DNA from: Octopus vulgaris
Taxonomy: Eukaryota
NCBI GenBank assembly: GCA_951406725.2
Contig: OX597838.1
Span: 4,588,001 to 4,652,000 of the forward strand
Direction of reading: 5' to 3'
DNA length: 64,000 nt
Of the stretch, positions 16,021-29,779 are shown piece by piece. Made by a program: the position numbers and the translations under genes. Numbering within the stretch: position 1 is the stretch's first letter; every line of letters starts with the position of its first letter. The notes below the pieces were generated by a model. That model saw only the letters and a list, made by a program, of their open reading frames with translations, was not told the DNA's origin and did not search any database.

Positions 16021-16738
16021 TTACATACGAAGAGACATAGATACACACAGACAGAAACACAAACACGCATACATACATATGCATGCACACGCACAGCACC
16101 AAATTGAAACATGGCCGCCATTGCCGCTGGCCTTATATAATAATATGATAACATGAAGATATATACTGCAGCTCCAGTTGCTTGACTCTGTTGAAAGTCA
16201 CTGATGAAAACGATAAACAGATCGACCTTTCTTCTCATTGGTCGGTTTCAGAAGTTGCCGGAGCAGATGGTGGTGGTGGTGGCTTCGGCGGCGTCTGTGC
16301 TGGGGACGGCAAAAGCAACGAGAAAGGCGGGTTGAGAGCGATGACGGTGTCGGCTGAGAAAAAGAATGTGAGGTATGGTAGCAGAAAATAAAATGATCTA
16401 TGGAAGCCGATAAGAAGCGAGAATCTCACAAGGGAGCTTCGATTTTGGAAATGAAAGCAAATTTCATCTTCAGCGATTTTTGTTTTTGTTTTTGTTTTTG
16501 TTTTCTTTAATTTATGAAACGATGGTTTTAGAAATAAATGTGAGAGGGAAGAGTGATGATAGGAACGAAGAGGGAAAGTTGGGAGAGATAGGGGTAACCT
16601 TATTAGTGATTGATAAATAAATGGGGGTGGGGGTAAGATTTTGATCGTTGATATTGTTTCGTCCTAGATTAATAATCATCGAATAGATATACTGATAAAG
16701 GCGTTCTAGCCTTGACCATCGCATCTTTTTAGAGATAT

Positions 16739-17155
16739 CTATTTCTTTACTACCCACAAGGGGCTAAACACAGAGAGGACAAACAAGGACAGACAAAGGG
16801 ATTAAGTCGATTACATTGACCCCAGTGCGTAAGTGGTACTTAATTTATCGACTCCGAAAGGATGAAAGGCAAAGTCGACCTCGGCGGAATTTGAACTCAG
16901 AACGTAACGGCAGATGAAATACCTATTTCTTTATTACCCACAAGGGGCCAAACACAGAGGGGACAAACAAGGACAGACATAGGTATTAAGTCGATTACAT
17001 CGACCCCAGTGCGTAACTGGTACTTTATTTATCGACCCCGAAAGGATGAAAGACAAAGTCGACCTCGGCGGAATTTGAACTCAGAACGTAACGGCAGACG
17101 AAATACTGCTAAGTATTTCGCCCGGCGTGCTAACGACTCTGCCAGCTCGCCGCCT
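16739..17155 (-). mobile_element. tRNA-derived SINE family A, head plus two tandem bodies, 14-bp TSD
   Basis: Head GGCGGCGAGCTGGCAGA..GTTAGCACGCCGGGCG, box B GAGTTCAAATTCC, central GTCGACTTTG.CTTTCATCCTTTCGGGGTCGATAAA. Perfect ATCTTTTTAGAGAT direct repeat at 16723-16736 and 17158-17171. Confidence 0.9.
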
Positions 17156-17169
17156 TAATCTTTTTAGAG

Positions 17170-17502
17170 ATGCCTGTCACGATGACGAGGGTTCCAGTTG
17201 CCCCGATCAACCGAACAACCCGTTCTGTGAATTTAAAGTAATTAAACTCCAAGTGGTTGAGGACCCCACAAACACAGCGTGCCCTTAACGTAGATCCTAG
17301 GGAGATTCTGTGTGGCAAAGAATGTGTGACAAGGCTGGTCCTTTGAATTAAAGGTACTATGCATGTTTGCTAGCTGAGTGGACTGGAAATAAAGTGAAAT
17401 AAAACGTCTTGCTTAAAAGACACAACGCGCCGCCAAGAATCGAACCCACGGGCCTTATAGTCGAGAGCCGAATAGCCTTACCACCGAGCCATGTGTATTC
17501 AC
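17170..17502 (-). mobile_element. tRNA-derived SINE family C
   Basis: Minus strand head TGGCTCGGTGGT...GGGTTCGATTC, then AAGCAAGACGTTTTATTTCAC...CCAGTCCACTCAGCT. Homologous to 49238-49472. Confidence 0.8.
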
Positions 17503-17937
17503 TGTCAAGTTAATGGCTGGAGAATTAAACTTTAGTTAAAGATAATTATTATGAGACAGAAAATTGAGATAGCGTTTACATATTTAATTAGGATGCATAT
17601 TTAATTAGGGCATATATTTAATTAGAGCATATTAAATAGCAAGCTAGAAATATTCATATGGGGATGACGGAGAGATAAACAGAGATAGAGACATAACTTA
17701 TTTAATATAGTTTATATAAAACAGCGAAATAAAAATAACGGAGTGATGCGAACGGCAGAGAGATAGAGAATCCGAAATAACTGACGTGTGATGAGCAAGG
17801 GAGATTACTGTTAGCTTATTTCCTCTTGGGTATTAAGAGCTGAGCAGGAATTACTGCGGTAAGCTTAGACAGACAAAAAAAGTCAGAGAGGAAGAGAGAG
17901 AACTAAGTTAGTGTTAATTATATTTAACATAGAAAGA

Positions 17938-18830
17938 AAGGCGGTGAGTTGGCAGAATTGTTAGCGCGTCGGGCGAAATGCTTAGCAGTATTTCGCCTGT
18001 CTCTACGTTCTGAGTTCAAATTTCGCCGAGGTCGACTTTGCCTTTCATCCTTTCGGGGTCGATAAATTAAGTACCAGTTACGCACTGGGGCCGATATAAT
18101 CGACTAAATACCTATGTCTGTCCTTGTTTGTCCCCTCTGTGTATAGCCCCTTGTGGGTAATAAAGAAATAGAAATAGGTATTTCGCCTGTCTCTACGTTC
18201 TGAGTTCAAATTCCGCCGAGGTCGACTTTGCCTTTCATCATTTCGGGATCGATAAATTAAGTGCCAGTTGCGTACTGGGGTTGATCTAATTGACTGGCCC
18301 CCTCCCCCAAAATTTCGGGCGTTGTGCCTAGAGTAGAAAAGAATCGTTAGCACGCCAGGGTAAAATGCTTAGCGGCATTTCGTCCGCCATTACGTTCCGC
18401 CGTGGTCGACTTTTCCTTTAATGCTTTCAGGATCAATAAAATAAGCACCAGTTAGGTCGATGTAATCGAATTATCCCCTCTCCCGAAATTGCTGGCATTG
18501 TGCCAAAATTTGGAAGCTATATATTTTGTATAGAAGGGAAGGCGGTGGGCTGGCAGAATCGTTAGCAACCGGGGTAAAAAAAAACATGCTTAGCAGCAAT
18601 TTGTCGTCTTTACATTTGGGTTCAAACGCCACCGTGGTCAACCTTTCTCATCTTTTCGGGGATCGATAAAATAAGTATCAGCTTCATACTATAAGTAAAA
18701 CAGGGACCAGGTTAGTTTGAAGTCAATATATATATTCTTTTCTACTCCACGCAAATGCTCGAAACTTTTGGAGTTGATGTAATCAACTTAACCCTATCCT
18801 TAAAATTGCTGGCCTTGTGTGAAAATTTGA
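17938..18830 (+). mobile_element. Cluster of SINE family A copies, young (17938-18343) to old
   Basis: Repeated heads and central domains, with both tail variants (TTTAGCCCCTTGTGGG-type and AAATTTCGGGC..TGTGCCTAGAGTAGAAAAG-type). Confidence 0.85.
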
Positions 18831-19619
18831 TGCCAATATGTGTAGTCTATTATTCATAGATTTATCAGCTTCAAGCTCCACCGTGGAAAACGAATTATGT
18901 AGCTGATTGTTAAGTTTCATATCTTTTGAAGCTACAAGATATCTTTCTGAAATTCCAGTCTAACGTCTTTCCCCCAACAGCAACCATTTTGTTAAATTAT
19001 AGCAATATGTCAAATCAGTGGATCGCATGAGAAAAACGAACAGAAAAAAACAAAACAAAACAAATCGTATGAGCATGCGCTGACGTTGACAAGAACGGTT
19101 CAATTGCCAAATTTCATTACCAAAGAAGACAATTCGAATATATTGAGGAAATAGCTTTTCCTTTTTCTGAAATTCTGCGTTGATCACTTATTTTATTGAT
19201 AAAAATATACACCAGGTAAGCAAAATGCAAATGGCGGTCTCTGTGGGCGGACAAAACCCCTCAAATCAAACCAAACGAAAGAAAAGATTATATTTAAAGA
19301 ATTTTGTTGAGGGTTTCACTGACAAAGAACGGAACATTAGCTGAAATTCCCGGGAGCTCCCCGCCCCCCAAGATATACAGCCATATCCGAATTTTATAGT
19401 CTTTCTATCATTCTATTGCTGAGACTGTTGTTAGCAGTTGCTGCTGCTAATGTTTTGCTTTTTTCATAGCGCGATGACCCCTTCATTTACGAGGCGACAT
19501 AATTAGCAGTTAATGTTGTGTATCTTTCTTTGAGGGTTAACGTAGACTGGGCAGCTGATTTTTAGCATTAGTCCCTTGTTCACCGAATTACTGTTGATAT
19601 TGATAAAACTAACGCTAAA

Positions 19620-20151
19620 ACCGGCGGGAAGATGGCGGAAACGTTAGCACACAGGAAAAAGGCTTAACACCATTTCTTAATTCTTATTTTGACGATGTCG
19701 ATTTTGCTTTTCATACTTTCAGGGTTGATAAAATAAGTAGCAGTTGAGCATTGGGGTCAATGTAACCGATCAGTCCATCTCCCGCTCCAAGTTTCAGGCC
19801 TCGTGTGTACATTAGAAATGATATTTCTGCCATTAAAAATGGTGGCGAAATGACAGAATCGTTAGCACTCCGGACAAAATACTCAGCGGCATTTCTTCCG
19901 GGAGTTCATATTCCACCGAGGTCGATTTGGCCAATCATTGCTTTGTAATCGACAAAGCAAGTATCAATTAAGCCCTGGAATCAATGTAATCGAACACCAC
20001 CAAGGCCTCAAATTTGTGGGAAGGGAACTAGTAGATTAAATCACCCCCAGTATGCAAATGGTACTTAATTTATCGAACCCAAAATGATGAAAGGCATAGT
20101 CGACCTTGGCAGAATCAACGCAGCACGTAGCGACGAACGAAATACAGCTAA

Positions 20152-20152
<1 letters not shown>
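19620..20152. mobile_element. Degenerate SINE family A copies (two +, one -)
   Basis: GAAACGTTAGCAC and GAATCGTTAGCAC heads with decayed central domains. Minus copy at ~20010-20152. Confidence 0.7.
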
Positions 20153-20225
<73 letters not shown>

Positions 20226-20448
20226 CTTGAGCCCTGTAACCGCACACGTCCTTTTCATGTACTTTTCCCCACTTCTCCGGTCCTTTCCCTTCTCTACTTT
20301 CTCACAAAGAGCCATGCTCGAAATGTTATGCACCTACTCTTTTCTCCATCTTTAGCCTAAGCGCCAAGTTAATATATTTTATGTATACATCTTTCGGGCT
20401 ATTGTTATTTATTATTTGTTATTTTAAATCGTGATTTGCATCCCCGCC

Positions 20449-20482
<34 letters not shown>

Positions 20483-20516
20483 ACAAATATATATATATAT
20501 ATATATATATAAAGAC

Positions 20517-20593
<77 letters not shown>

Positions 20594-20659
20594 ACAAACA
20601 TATATATATACATATATATATAAAGACATATATATATAAATACATATATCTCTATATAT

Positions 20660-20704
<45 letters not shown>

Positions 20705-20744
20705 TACATATATATAAATATATATATATACATACATACATATA

Positions 20745-20784
<40 letters not shown>

Positions 20785-20953
20785 CGACAAAGGTATTATG
20801 TTTATACACACAGATACGTATATGTTACATAGATACACATACATAATTTCTAGATCTATATATGTGTATATATATATATATATGTACATATATATGGGTA
20901 GTTGTGTGCTTGTGCAGATGTATATAAGTATTGACTGTACATCTATCTCTCTC

Positions 20954-21008
<55 letters not shown>

Positions 21009-21032
21009 GCCTATACATACATACATACATAC

Positions 21033-21102
<70 letters not shown>

Positions 21103-21407
21103 GTATGTATATATAAAGGTGTGTGTTTGTGCGTTGGTGATTATTCAGAGGAAAGTATAGGAACGACGTATAGCATTGCAGAAGGAACTTTAATTCCCGA
21201 CAGAAAGTTTACAAGTGACTCGAGGGAAAGAATGATCTCTAACATTTGAAACCAGATAGAGAAAGCGGAAGCAGTTTAAAAGTCCAACAGGTGTTTTGAA
21301 AAATAAGAGACACGATCAACAGGAAACCTCTTGTTGGAGAAATAAACGGTGTCTTTAGGTTATTAATTCGAGATATTTATTTTGACTACAGAGTGTATTT
21401 CATGTGC

Positions 21408-21479
<72 letters not shown>

Positions 21480-21522
21480 CACATACATACACACATATTT
21501 ATATATATATATTTGTATATGT

Positions 21523-21715
21523 GTAGTTCAAATTTACTGAAAACAAAAGATAGGTGAAAGTAAAACAGGCAGGTGTATTAGTTTAACGCTGAGGAAGAAG
21601 GCAAAACTCTTTGACGTTTCGAGCCTACGCTCTTCGTGAAAAAGGATTGAGGGAGAGAAAAAAACAAAAAAACAAAGAGAGATAAAAATGTCAAGCGATT
21701 AACGGTTCAACGCAT
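21523..21715 (-). mobile_element. Second, more diverged copy of the Penelope pLTR-like repeat at 29780
   Basis: Shares ACGTTTCGAGCCTACGCTCTTC, GTATTAGT.TAACGCT.AGGAA and AAGATAGGTG with the reverse complement of 29790-29880. The hammerhead core is decayed. Confidence 0.6.
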
Positions 21716-21780
21716 ATATGTGAATACTCACACACACATACACAGACATATGTATGTGCGTGTGTGTGTGTATATATGTA

Positions 21781-21915
<135 letters not shown>

Positions 21916-21975
21916 GGCGGAGCCCCAGCATGGCCACAGCTCGTGAGCTGAAACTAGATGAAACTGAAAAATGAA
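21916..21975 (+). mobile_element. Extremely 5'-truncated copy of the same LINE 3' tail
   Basis: GGCGGAGCCCCAGCATGGCCACAGCTCGTGAGCTGAAACTAGATGAAA aligns with 28600-28650 and sits directly after a (TATC)n tract. Confidence 0.6.
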
Positions 21976-23231
21976 AAAAAAAATATATGCATACACACAC
22001 ATACCCGTTAATTCTGTTGATGTTTACCCGATCAATTAAGATGTAAATCCGTTTGTGTATGCATGTATGTATGTATGCATGAATGTGTGTATTTATGTAT
22101 GCATGTATATATGTACTTATAAATGTATTTATGTATGTAGATATGTATGAATGTATGCTTGTATGTATAAATGTATTTATGTATGTAAGTATCAATGTAT
22201 GTATGTATGTGTGCATGTATGTATGAATGTATGTATGTATATATGAATGTATGTTTGAATGTATGCATGTATGTACGAATGTATATACGTACACATGTAT
22301 GTATGTATGAATGCATGTATGTATGTATGTATGTATGTATGTATGGATGGATGGATGGATGGATGGATGCATGTATGCATGCATGTATACAGGTATGTAT
22401 GTACGCATGTATATATGTAGTTATGTACGCATGTATGTATGAATGCGTGTATATGTGTATGTATGTAAATATGTATGCACGTATGTATGCATTCATATAA
22501 GTCATGTATCTTTCAGTCACCCGTCACAATAGCCACTAACAAGGATTTGGTCGTTCCGAGGCGTTAGTAGAAGGCACTTGACCGAGACGCCACACAGTGC
22601 ACAAGATGCCACACGGTGGGCCGAACCCGCAACCATTTTGTTAAGAAACCAAATTCTTACCACACAAGCACGCCTGATATTCCTTGCATTTCCTACACGA
22701 TTCTGCATATTATTTCTTACCATTTCTTTCCATCTGGTTTCCATTCCACTCTTGTATTCGAACACAACGCGGCGCCGACGGCACTCCTCGAAAAGTCTCA
22801 CTGCCGTCTGCCTTACCTTTATGACTAACGTCTCTCACACGACACTATATGCATGTATAAACGATAAAAGCACAACACCACAACCACCACCACCACCACC
22901 ACCAACAGCAACAACAACAGCAATAACCATAACAACAATAACAACAACAGCATAACAATGGAATGTCGTAAATGTGGTGGATTTTATCTGTTTATTGCTT
23001 TATTGCCACCAACTTTATTGGTGATTATGCAAATATATGCAAATAGATATGTAGATATTTGTACGCTGGTTTGCTTTGAACTTCTTCCATTCCCTGACAT
23101 ATTACACATATTATATACTCATATACGTTAGCTCAGCTATACATGTAAGTATGTAAGTATATATATATATATAAACATATATGTGCGTATGTGTGTGTGT
23201 GTATGTGTGTGTGTGTTTGTGTGTGTGAATG

Positions 23232-23274
<43 letters not shown>

Positions 23275-23542
23275 ATATATATACATCAAATTTTATTTGT
23301 GCATATATTCATATATATGTGTATGTTCACATGCAGATACGTACATCTACATATACGTATATGTATGTATGTGTATATATACATATACATATACATATAT
23401 ATATATATTCACATATACGCCACACACACACATATATATACACTGATACAAACATACAAATACAAATATATATATTTGTATACATGCATGAGTATGCATA
23501 TCGGTATACATACATACATACATACATGCATGCATATATATC

Positions 23543-23577
<35 letters not shown>

Positions 23578-23627
23578 TCGTATATATACATATAAACACA
23601 TATATACGTAAACGTTTAATGTATGCT

Positions 23628-23672
<45 letters not shown>

Positions 23673-23800
23673 TATATTTATCATGTATGACTTATACACT
23701 CATACACATATATACACGCATATAAAACAAGTGTACCAATATTACGCGACATTTAATATTAGTTTAATGTTTAAATACTGCGTTACTTGGTATGTAGGTA

Positions 23801-23861
<61 letters not shown>

Positions 23862-24020
23862 ATGCCTGTGGTGTGTGTGACGGTATATTCATCCACGCTT
23901 CACGAATCTCTGTAGTCACACACCTAAATATAAATATACTATAAATGTAAATGTAACTAAAATGGAAATAAAACTGAAATATCAATATAAATGGATATGT
24001 GTACGAATAAAAATATGCAC

Positions 24021-24060
<40 letters not shown>

Positions 24061-24119
24061 CGGTATATATATATGTGTGTATATATATATATGTATATAT
24101 ATATATGTATATATATATA

Positions 24120-24165
<46 letters not shown>

Positions 24166-24781
24166 TATGTGTGTATTTCTGTGTGTAATTAAGTGAATAG
24201 AAACTTCTATCTGGAAATATATGTACAAAACATTGACTCATGCAACGCCCCCCACCCCCACCCACTATCTCCCTGACAAATATCTACATGTGACTTTGTA
24301 GAGTACAACTATTTGCTACATGAGTATGCACATGAATACATATTTACATACATACACACACACATGCATACATAATCGTCTCTCAATCTGATTCTCTCTA
24401 TATGTATGCATAAGCATATACATATGCATATAATGCACACATCACATAAATATACATAGAAACTATTCATATATATATACACACACACATATATATATAT
24501 AGATATTCATATATATATATATATACATATGTACATGTAATACATATATATATGTAAATACATATATACACATATGTATTTACATGTATACACACACACA
24601 TATATATATATATATACATATAAACATAGAGATGCCTATATATATATATAAACATATATATATATACATACATACCTATATACGTACATATATATATGTG
24701 TATATATTCATAGATATTTATATATACATACATTTACCCATATAAATAATATATGTATACTCAGACACAAACTCATATATA

Positions 24782-24834
<53 letters not shown>

Positions 24835-25481
24835 TAACTCTTATGTGTATATAAACATATACATATACATACATTCAAATGTGCAGACATACGTACATAC
24901 ATAAATATGCATATATATATATATATATATTATATTTATATGTATATGTATATATATGTGGACAAATATATAAGCATATATGTTCATATATGTGTAGGGG
25001 AAGGAATAGAGGTGGGGGGAATTCTATGGAGTTAGTGAGAGACAGAGGGGTGCGTAACCAATAAATACATATTGTGGGGTGTGATTGGGTGATAACCGTA
25101 TTAAGTTTTAAATATATAGAGGTGAAGTAGGCGACATATTTGAGTCTAATTGTGTGTGAATGTGTATCTATTTACGTGTGTATATTTCACTGTGTGTGTA
25201 TAAACGTGCCTTTGTCTTTGTATATGTTTGCATATACATAAATACATCCAGACATATATACAAACATACATACATATATGCACATTAATAAATTTACATG
25301 CACGTTCGTGAATGTCTGTGTGTATAATTATATATACATATACATGCACACGCATAGTGCATACATACACACACAAACACACACACACACACTTAACTCC
25401 ACATACACAGATTAAATTTTCTGACAAATAACGTGGTAGCTGTCCATATATATTATATTGCATTATATTGAATTATATCTT

Positions 25482-25560
<79 letters not shown>

Positions 25561-25605
25561 GTCTATCTATCTATACATGTATACATACATCTATCTATAT
25601 ATATA

Positions 25606-25672
<67 letters not shown>

Positions 25673-25901
25673 GTATATATATACATATATATGTGTGTAT
25701 ATATATGTATATATATATATCATGTATTTTAATATGGATCAGTGAGAATGAGTGCTCATCACCGCATATGTAGTTAAATCTGCTCTACTTTTGGGTTAAC
25801 CTGGCTTATATATGTATATATATATATATGTATATTTAAATACGTATGTCTGAGTGGTGTACGTGTAGATGTGTATGTGTATATACCTCCGTATACACGC
25901 A

Positions 25902-25944
<43 letters not shown>

Positions 25945-26479
25945 TATATATACATATACACACATATATATATGTATATATATATACGCATATGTGCATA
26001 TATATATATGTAGGAATAACTGAGAGTGAGAGAGAATGAAGGAGAGAGAGGGACCCACACATACAAGTTTACATCAGAGAACCGTGATGATATTCACATG
26101 GTTGTACATCTAGATAGATACGTACACATTCACAAAGGCAATGGCGTACGTATGTATGTACGGGAGTGCGTGCGTGCGAGTGTGTTTCTGTTTCTCTGGG
26201 TACCTCTGTATGTTGCGCCTGCGTGCGTTCGATCGGAGCCTGCAATATTAGTTTTGTGAGTCTGGATGCCTGCAATCCAGTTTCTGTGTCTGTGTCTGCT
26301 TAACAGACACATACACAAACACTCACACGCACGCATACACATACACACACACACTCTCACACACACACACTCACAAACGCACATTCATATATGCATTGAA
26401 AGTCACACGTTAATATTCACACACTCACACAAAATCACACTTGTCTATATCCAAATACATGTGCGTACATATATATGTA

Positions 26480-26555
<76 letters not shown>

Positions 26556-26586
26556 TACTTATACATATATACATATACATACATAC

Positions 26587-26654
<68 letters not shown>

Positions 26655-27098
26655 CCACATACGTGTTAATGCGTATATGTGTTCATAGCTCTCATATTTG
26701 TGTGTACATGTAAATTGATGCCTGTATATGCGTATATATATTTTATGCATAGATATAGTTATGGATATAGATAGATATACGCATGTATGTACGTATGTAT
26801 GTGTGTTCTGTTACCAGGCTATTTATCACAATATTTATGAATATTTCAAATAGACGCATAGTTAAATGTCAGACGATGTGTGTGTATATATGTACATACG
26901 ATCTGCAAGCAGAGTATTTATTAGAATATTTATTCATATTTCAAATAGAATCATACTTAAATGTCAGACGGCGTTCATAACATTAGCTTTATAACTTACT
27001 TATATACACTCGAACCTACTCTAGTACTGCAAGATACACATAGACACATAAATATATACTACGCTGCAGATATCTATCTATCTACGTATATATGTATA

Positions 27099-27169
<71 letters not shown>

Positions 27170-27589
27170 CTGTCTCCTGTCCAAGCTTGTTTCTTCGTGT
27201 TCACCACCTCGTTTAGGCTTAGCAGCCCTTCTTGTTTGTTTTCACTGTCCTGTGTTTGTCACCCTCCGCAAAATCCCAAACTTTATTTAATTTGTTTTGT
27301 GAAAGCAACTGTTTTATCGAAGGCGCATCTTGTCGTAAGATGCTCGAAATACGGATTAGAAAAATAGCCGACAGCTGATGAAGGGTCATTCTTTGCGATG
27401 TTTGTCATGTTTTCCATTTGTTTCTTTCGTTGCTCGCAAGAAAAGTTCACATTTCATGTCTTCGTACTTCGTAGTTTTAGGCTTTTACCTTTTGTGAGGT
27501 CATGTGCCCACATATGCTTATGTATATACGTATACATGTAAGTATGTACGTATGCGTATGTATGCGTATGTATGCATGTATATATATAT

Positions 27590-27815
27590 AAGGCCGCGAG
27601 CTGGCAGAAACGTTAGCACGCCGGGCGAAGTGCGTAGCTGTATTTCGTCTGTCCTTACGTTGTGAGTTCAAATTCCGCCCAGGTCGATTTTGCCTTTCAT
27701 CCTTTCGGGGTCGATAAATAAAGTACCAGTTACGCACTGGGGTCGATATAATCGATTTATCCCTTTGTCCTTGTTTGTTCCCTCTATGTTTAGCCCCTTG
27801 TGGGCAATAAAGAAA
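27590..27815 (+). mobile_element. SINE family A monomer
   Basis: Complete head, box B, central domain and TTTAGCCCCTTGTGGGCAATAAAGAAATA tail within (TA)n. Confidence 0.9.
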
Positions 27816-28290
27816 TATATATATATATACACCCACAGTCACGTGTGAGTGGACAAACGATAAAAGAGGCACACAACATCTTCAGGTTTTGGGATAAAGT
27901 CTTCAGAAATAACCCAATAGGTTTACCATTGATCCTGTGAAATATTCACGGGTCCCGTTACAAATGATCGTAGTAATCGAAATCAGAAAAGTCAAAGCTA
28001 GTACCTCTTTTTCTTATAGCATGACCCGTATGTTTCAACAGTAGAAAAGGACGGCATTTGAACCCTTTGAGTCCAGAAAGCGGATATACCCGCACAACAT
28101 ACATTGTGTTACTGTTAACTGGGGAATGTGGTTTTACCCCACGGCGTCGAAAAAAAACTTTCTTTCTGCTGCGAGACGCGGAGACTTCTCCAGTGGTACT
28201 TTTTATAAAAGATACTTTTTTTAGATTTTCTTAATTTTTACACATATTTCATCAAATATCTCTTAAAAGAAGAAGAATTAAATACTTTTA

Positions 28291-28655
28291 GTGGTGGGTA
28301 ATTACGACATTGCCATCAGGATATGAGAACAAATGTTACAACGGCTTGGGTTTCAAAGGCCCCTAGCTCTTCAATATTCTCACACGCACACACAAAAAAA
28401 AAATGAAAAAATGAAAAAAGCCTGAGTGACCTACGTGGGGTAAATATAGGTGTCTTCAAAATAGAACTCGATTTCCTCCTGTCAAGAATTCTGGATGAAC
28501 CCACCTCGCTGCAGAAAATACCGATGAGGGCAGCAATATCAAACGCCTTCTCTCACCAAATGTTACACATGGGAAGATTTTTCAATGTAGCAAAGATAAC
28601 GGCGGTGTCCCAGTATGGCCACAAACTCCTGAGATGAAACGGATAAAAGAGAAAA
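28291..28655 (+). mobile_element. 3' end of a CR1/L2-group LINE (end of ORF2 plus 3' tail)
   Basis: Translates with frameshifts as CYNGLGFKGP.LFNIL...KSLSDLRGVNIGVFKIELDFLLSRILDEPTSLQKIPMRAAISNAFSHQ, typical of CR1/L2-type ORF2 termini (LFN.LP...FK..LD.FL...PD.P). Followed by the tail GGCGGTGTCCCAGTATGGCCACA...TGAAAC. Confidence 0.75.
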
Positions 28656-28713
28656 TAAAGGAAATCCACACCTGCGGGAGATACTGAAAAAGTTTCACAG
28701 AAGCTGAAAATAT

Positions 28714-28950
28714 CTCTTTTATTCTCTTTTACTCTTTTACTTGTTTCAGTCATCTGACTGCGGCCATGCTGGAGCACCGCCTTTTTAATCGAGCAACTCG
28801 ACCCCGGGACTTATTCTTTGTAAGCCCAGTACTTATTCTATCGGTCTCTTTTGCCGAACCGCTAAGTGACGGGGACATAAACACACCAGCATCGATTGTC
28901 AAGCAATGCTAGGAGGACAAACACAGACACACAAACATATACATATATAC

Positions 28951-29021
<71 letters not shown>

Positions 29022-29187
29022 TACAACGGGCTTCTTTTAGTTTCCGTCTACCAAATCCACTCACAAGGCATTGGTCGGCCCGAGGCTATAGTAGAAGACA
29101 CTCGCCCAAGGTGCCACGCAGTGGGACTGAACCCGGAACCATGTGGTTGGTTAGCAAGCTACTTACCACACAGCCACTCCTGCGCCT
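28714..29187 (-). mobile_element. tRNA-derived SINE family B, full length (CORE-like centre, LINE-derived tail)
   Basis: Head GGCGCAGGAGTGGCTGTGTGG (box A), GGTTCAGTCCC (box B), GGCACCTTGGGC.AGTGTCTTCTACTATAGCC, internal (TA)n, tail GGCGGTGCTCCAGCATGGCCGCAGTC...TGACTGAAACAAGTAAAAGAG. Confidence 0.9.
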
Positions 29188-29523
29188 ATATCAATTATAA
29201 TTTTTGATGGATAATTAAACTCATTATGAAAATGACCATTAAATTTAATTATACACTCAAATGATTAATTAGGGGACTGTAGAACTACGCTAGAGCCAGG
29301 CAAATGATAATGTAGCTCAGTAAACAGCCGCATATTGTGAAAGTATTGACGTGCGCCTGTATCTATGTTAATCTCTTATAATTATTCCTATATTTAATAT
29401 TATTTATACATTTAAAATGTTAACAAGAATGAAAAAAAAAACATAAATCTTAGTAAGTTTGAAAATAAATGTTAATATGTTAAATACTGAATAACTAAAT
29501 ATAATATTAAAATATAAGAGTTT

Positions 29524-29580
<57 letters not shown>

Positions 29581-29614
29581 TTAATCCAAACGGGAAAACA
29601 GAAAACAACAACAC

Positions 29615-29681
<67 letters not shown>

Positions 29682-29779
29682 ATATACATGTATATTAAAT
29701 ACATAGACACATATACATATATATGTATATATATATTAAATATACATATACAGACATATGTATATATGTTTATGTGTCC

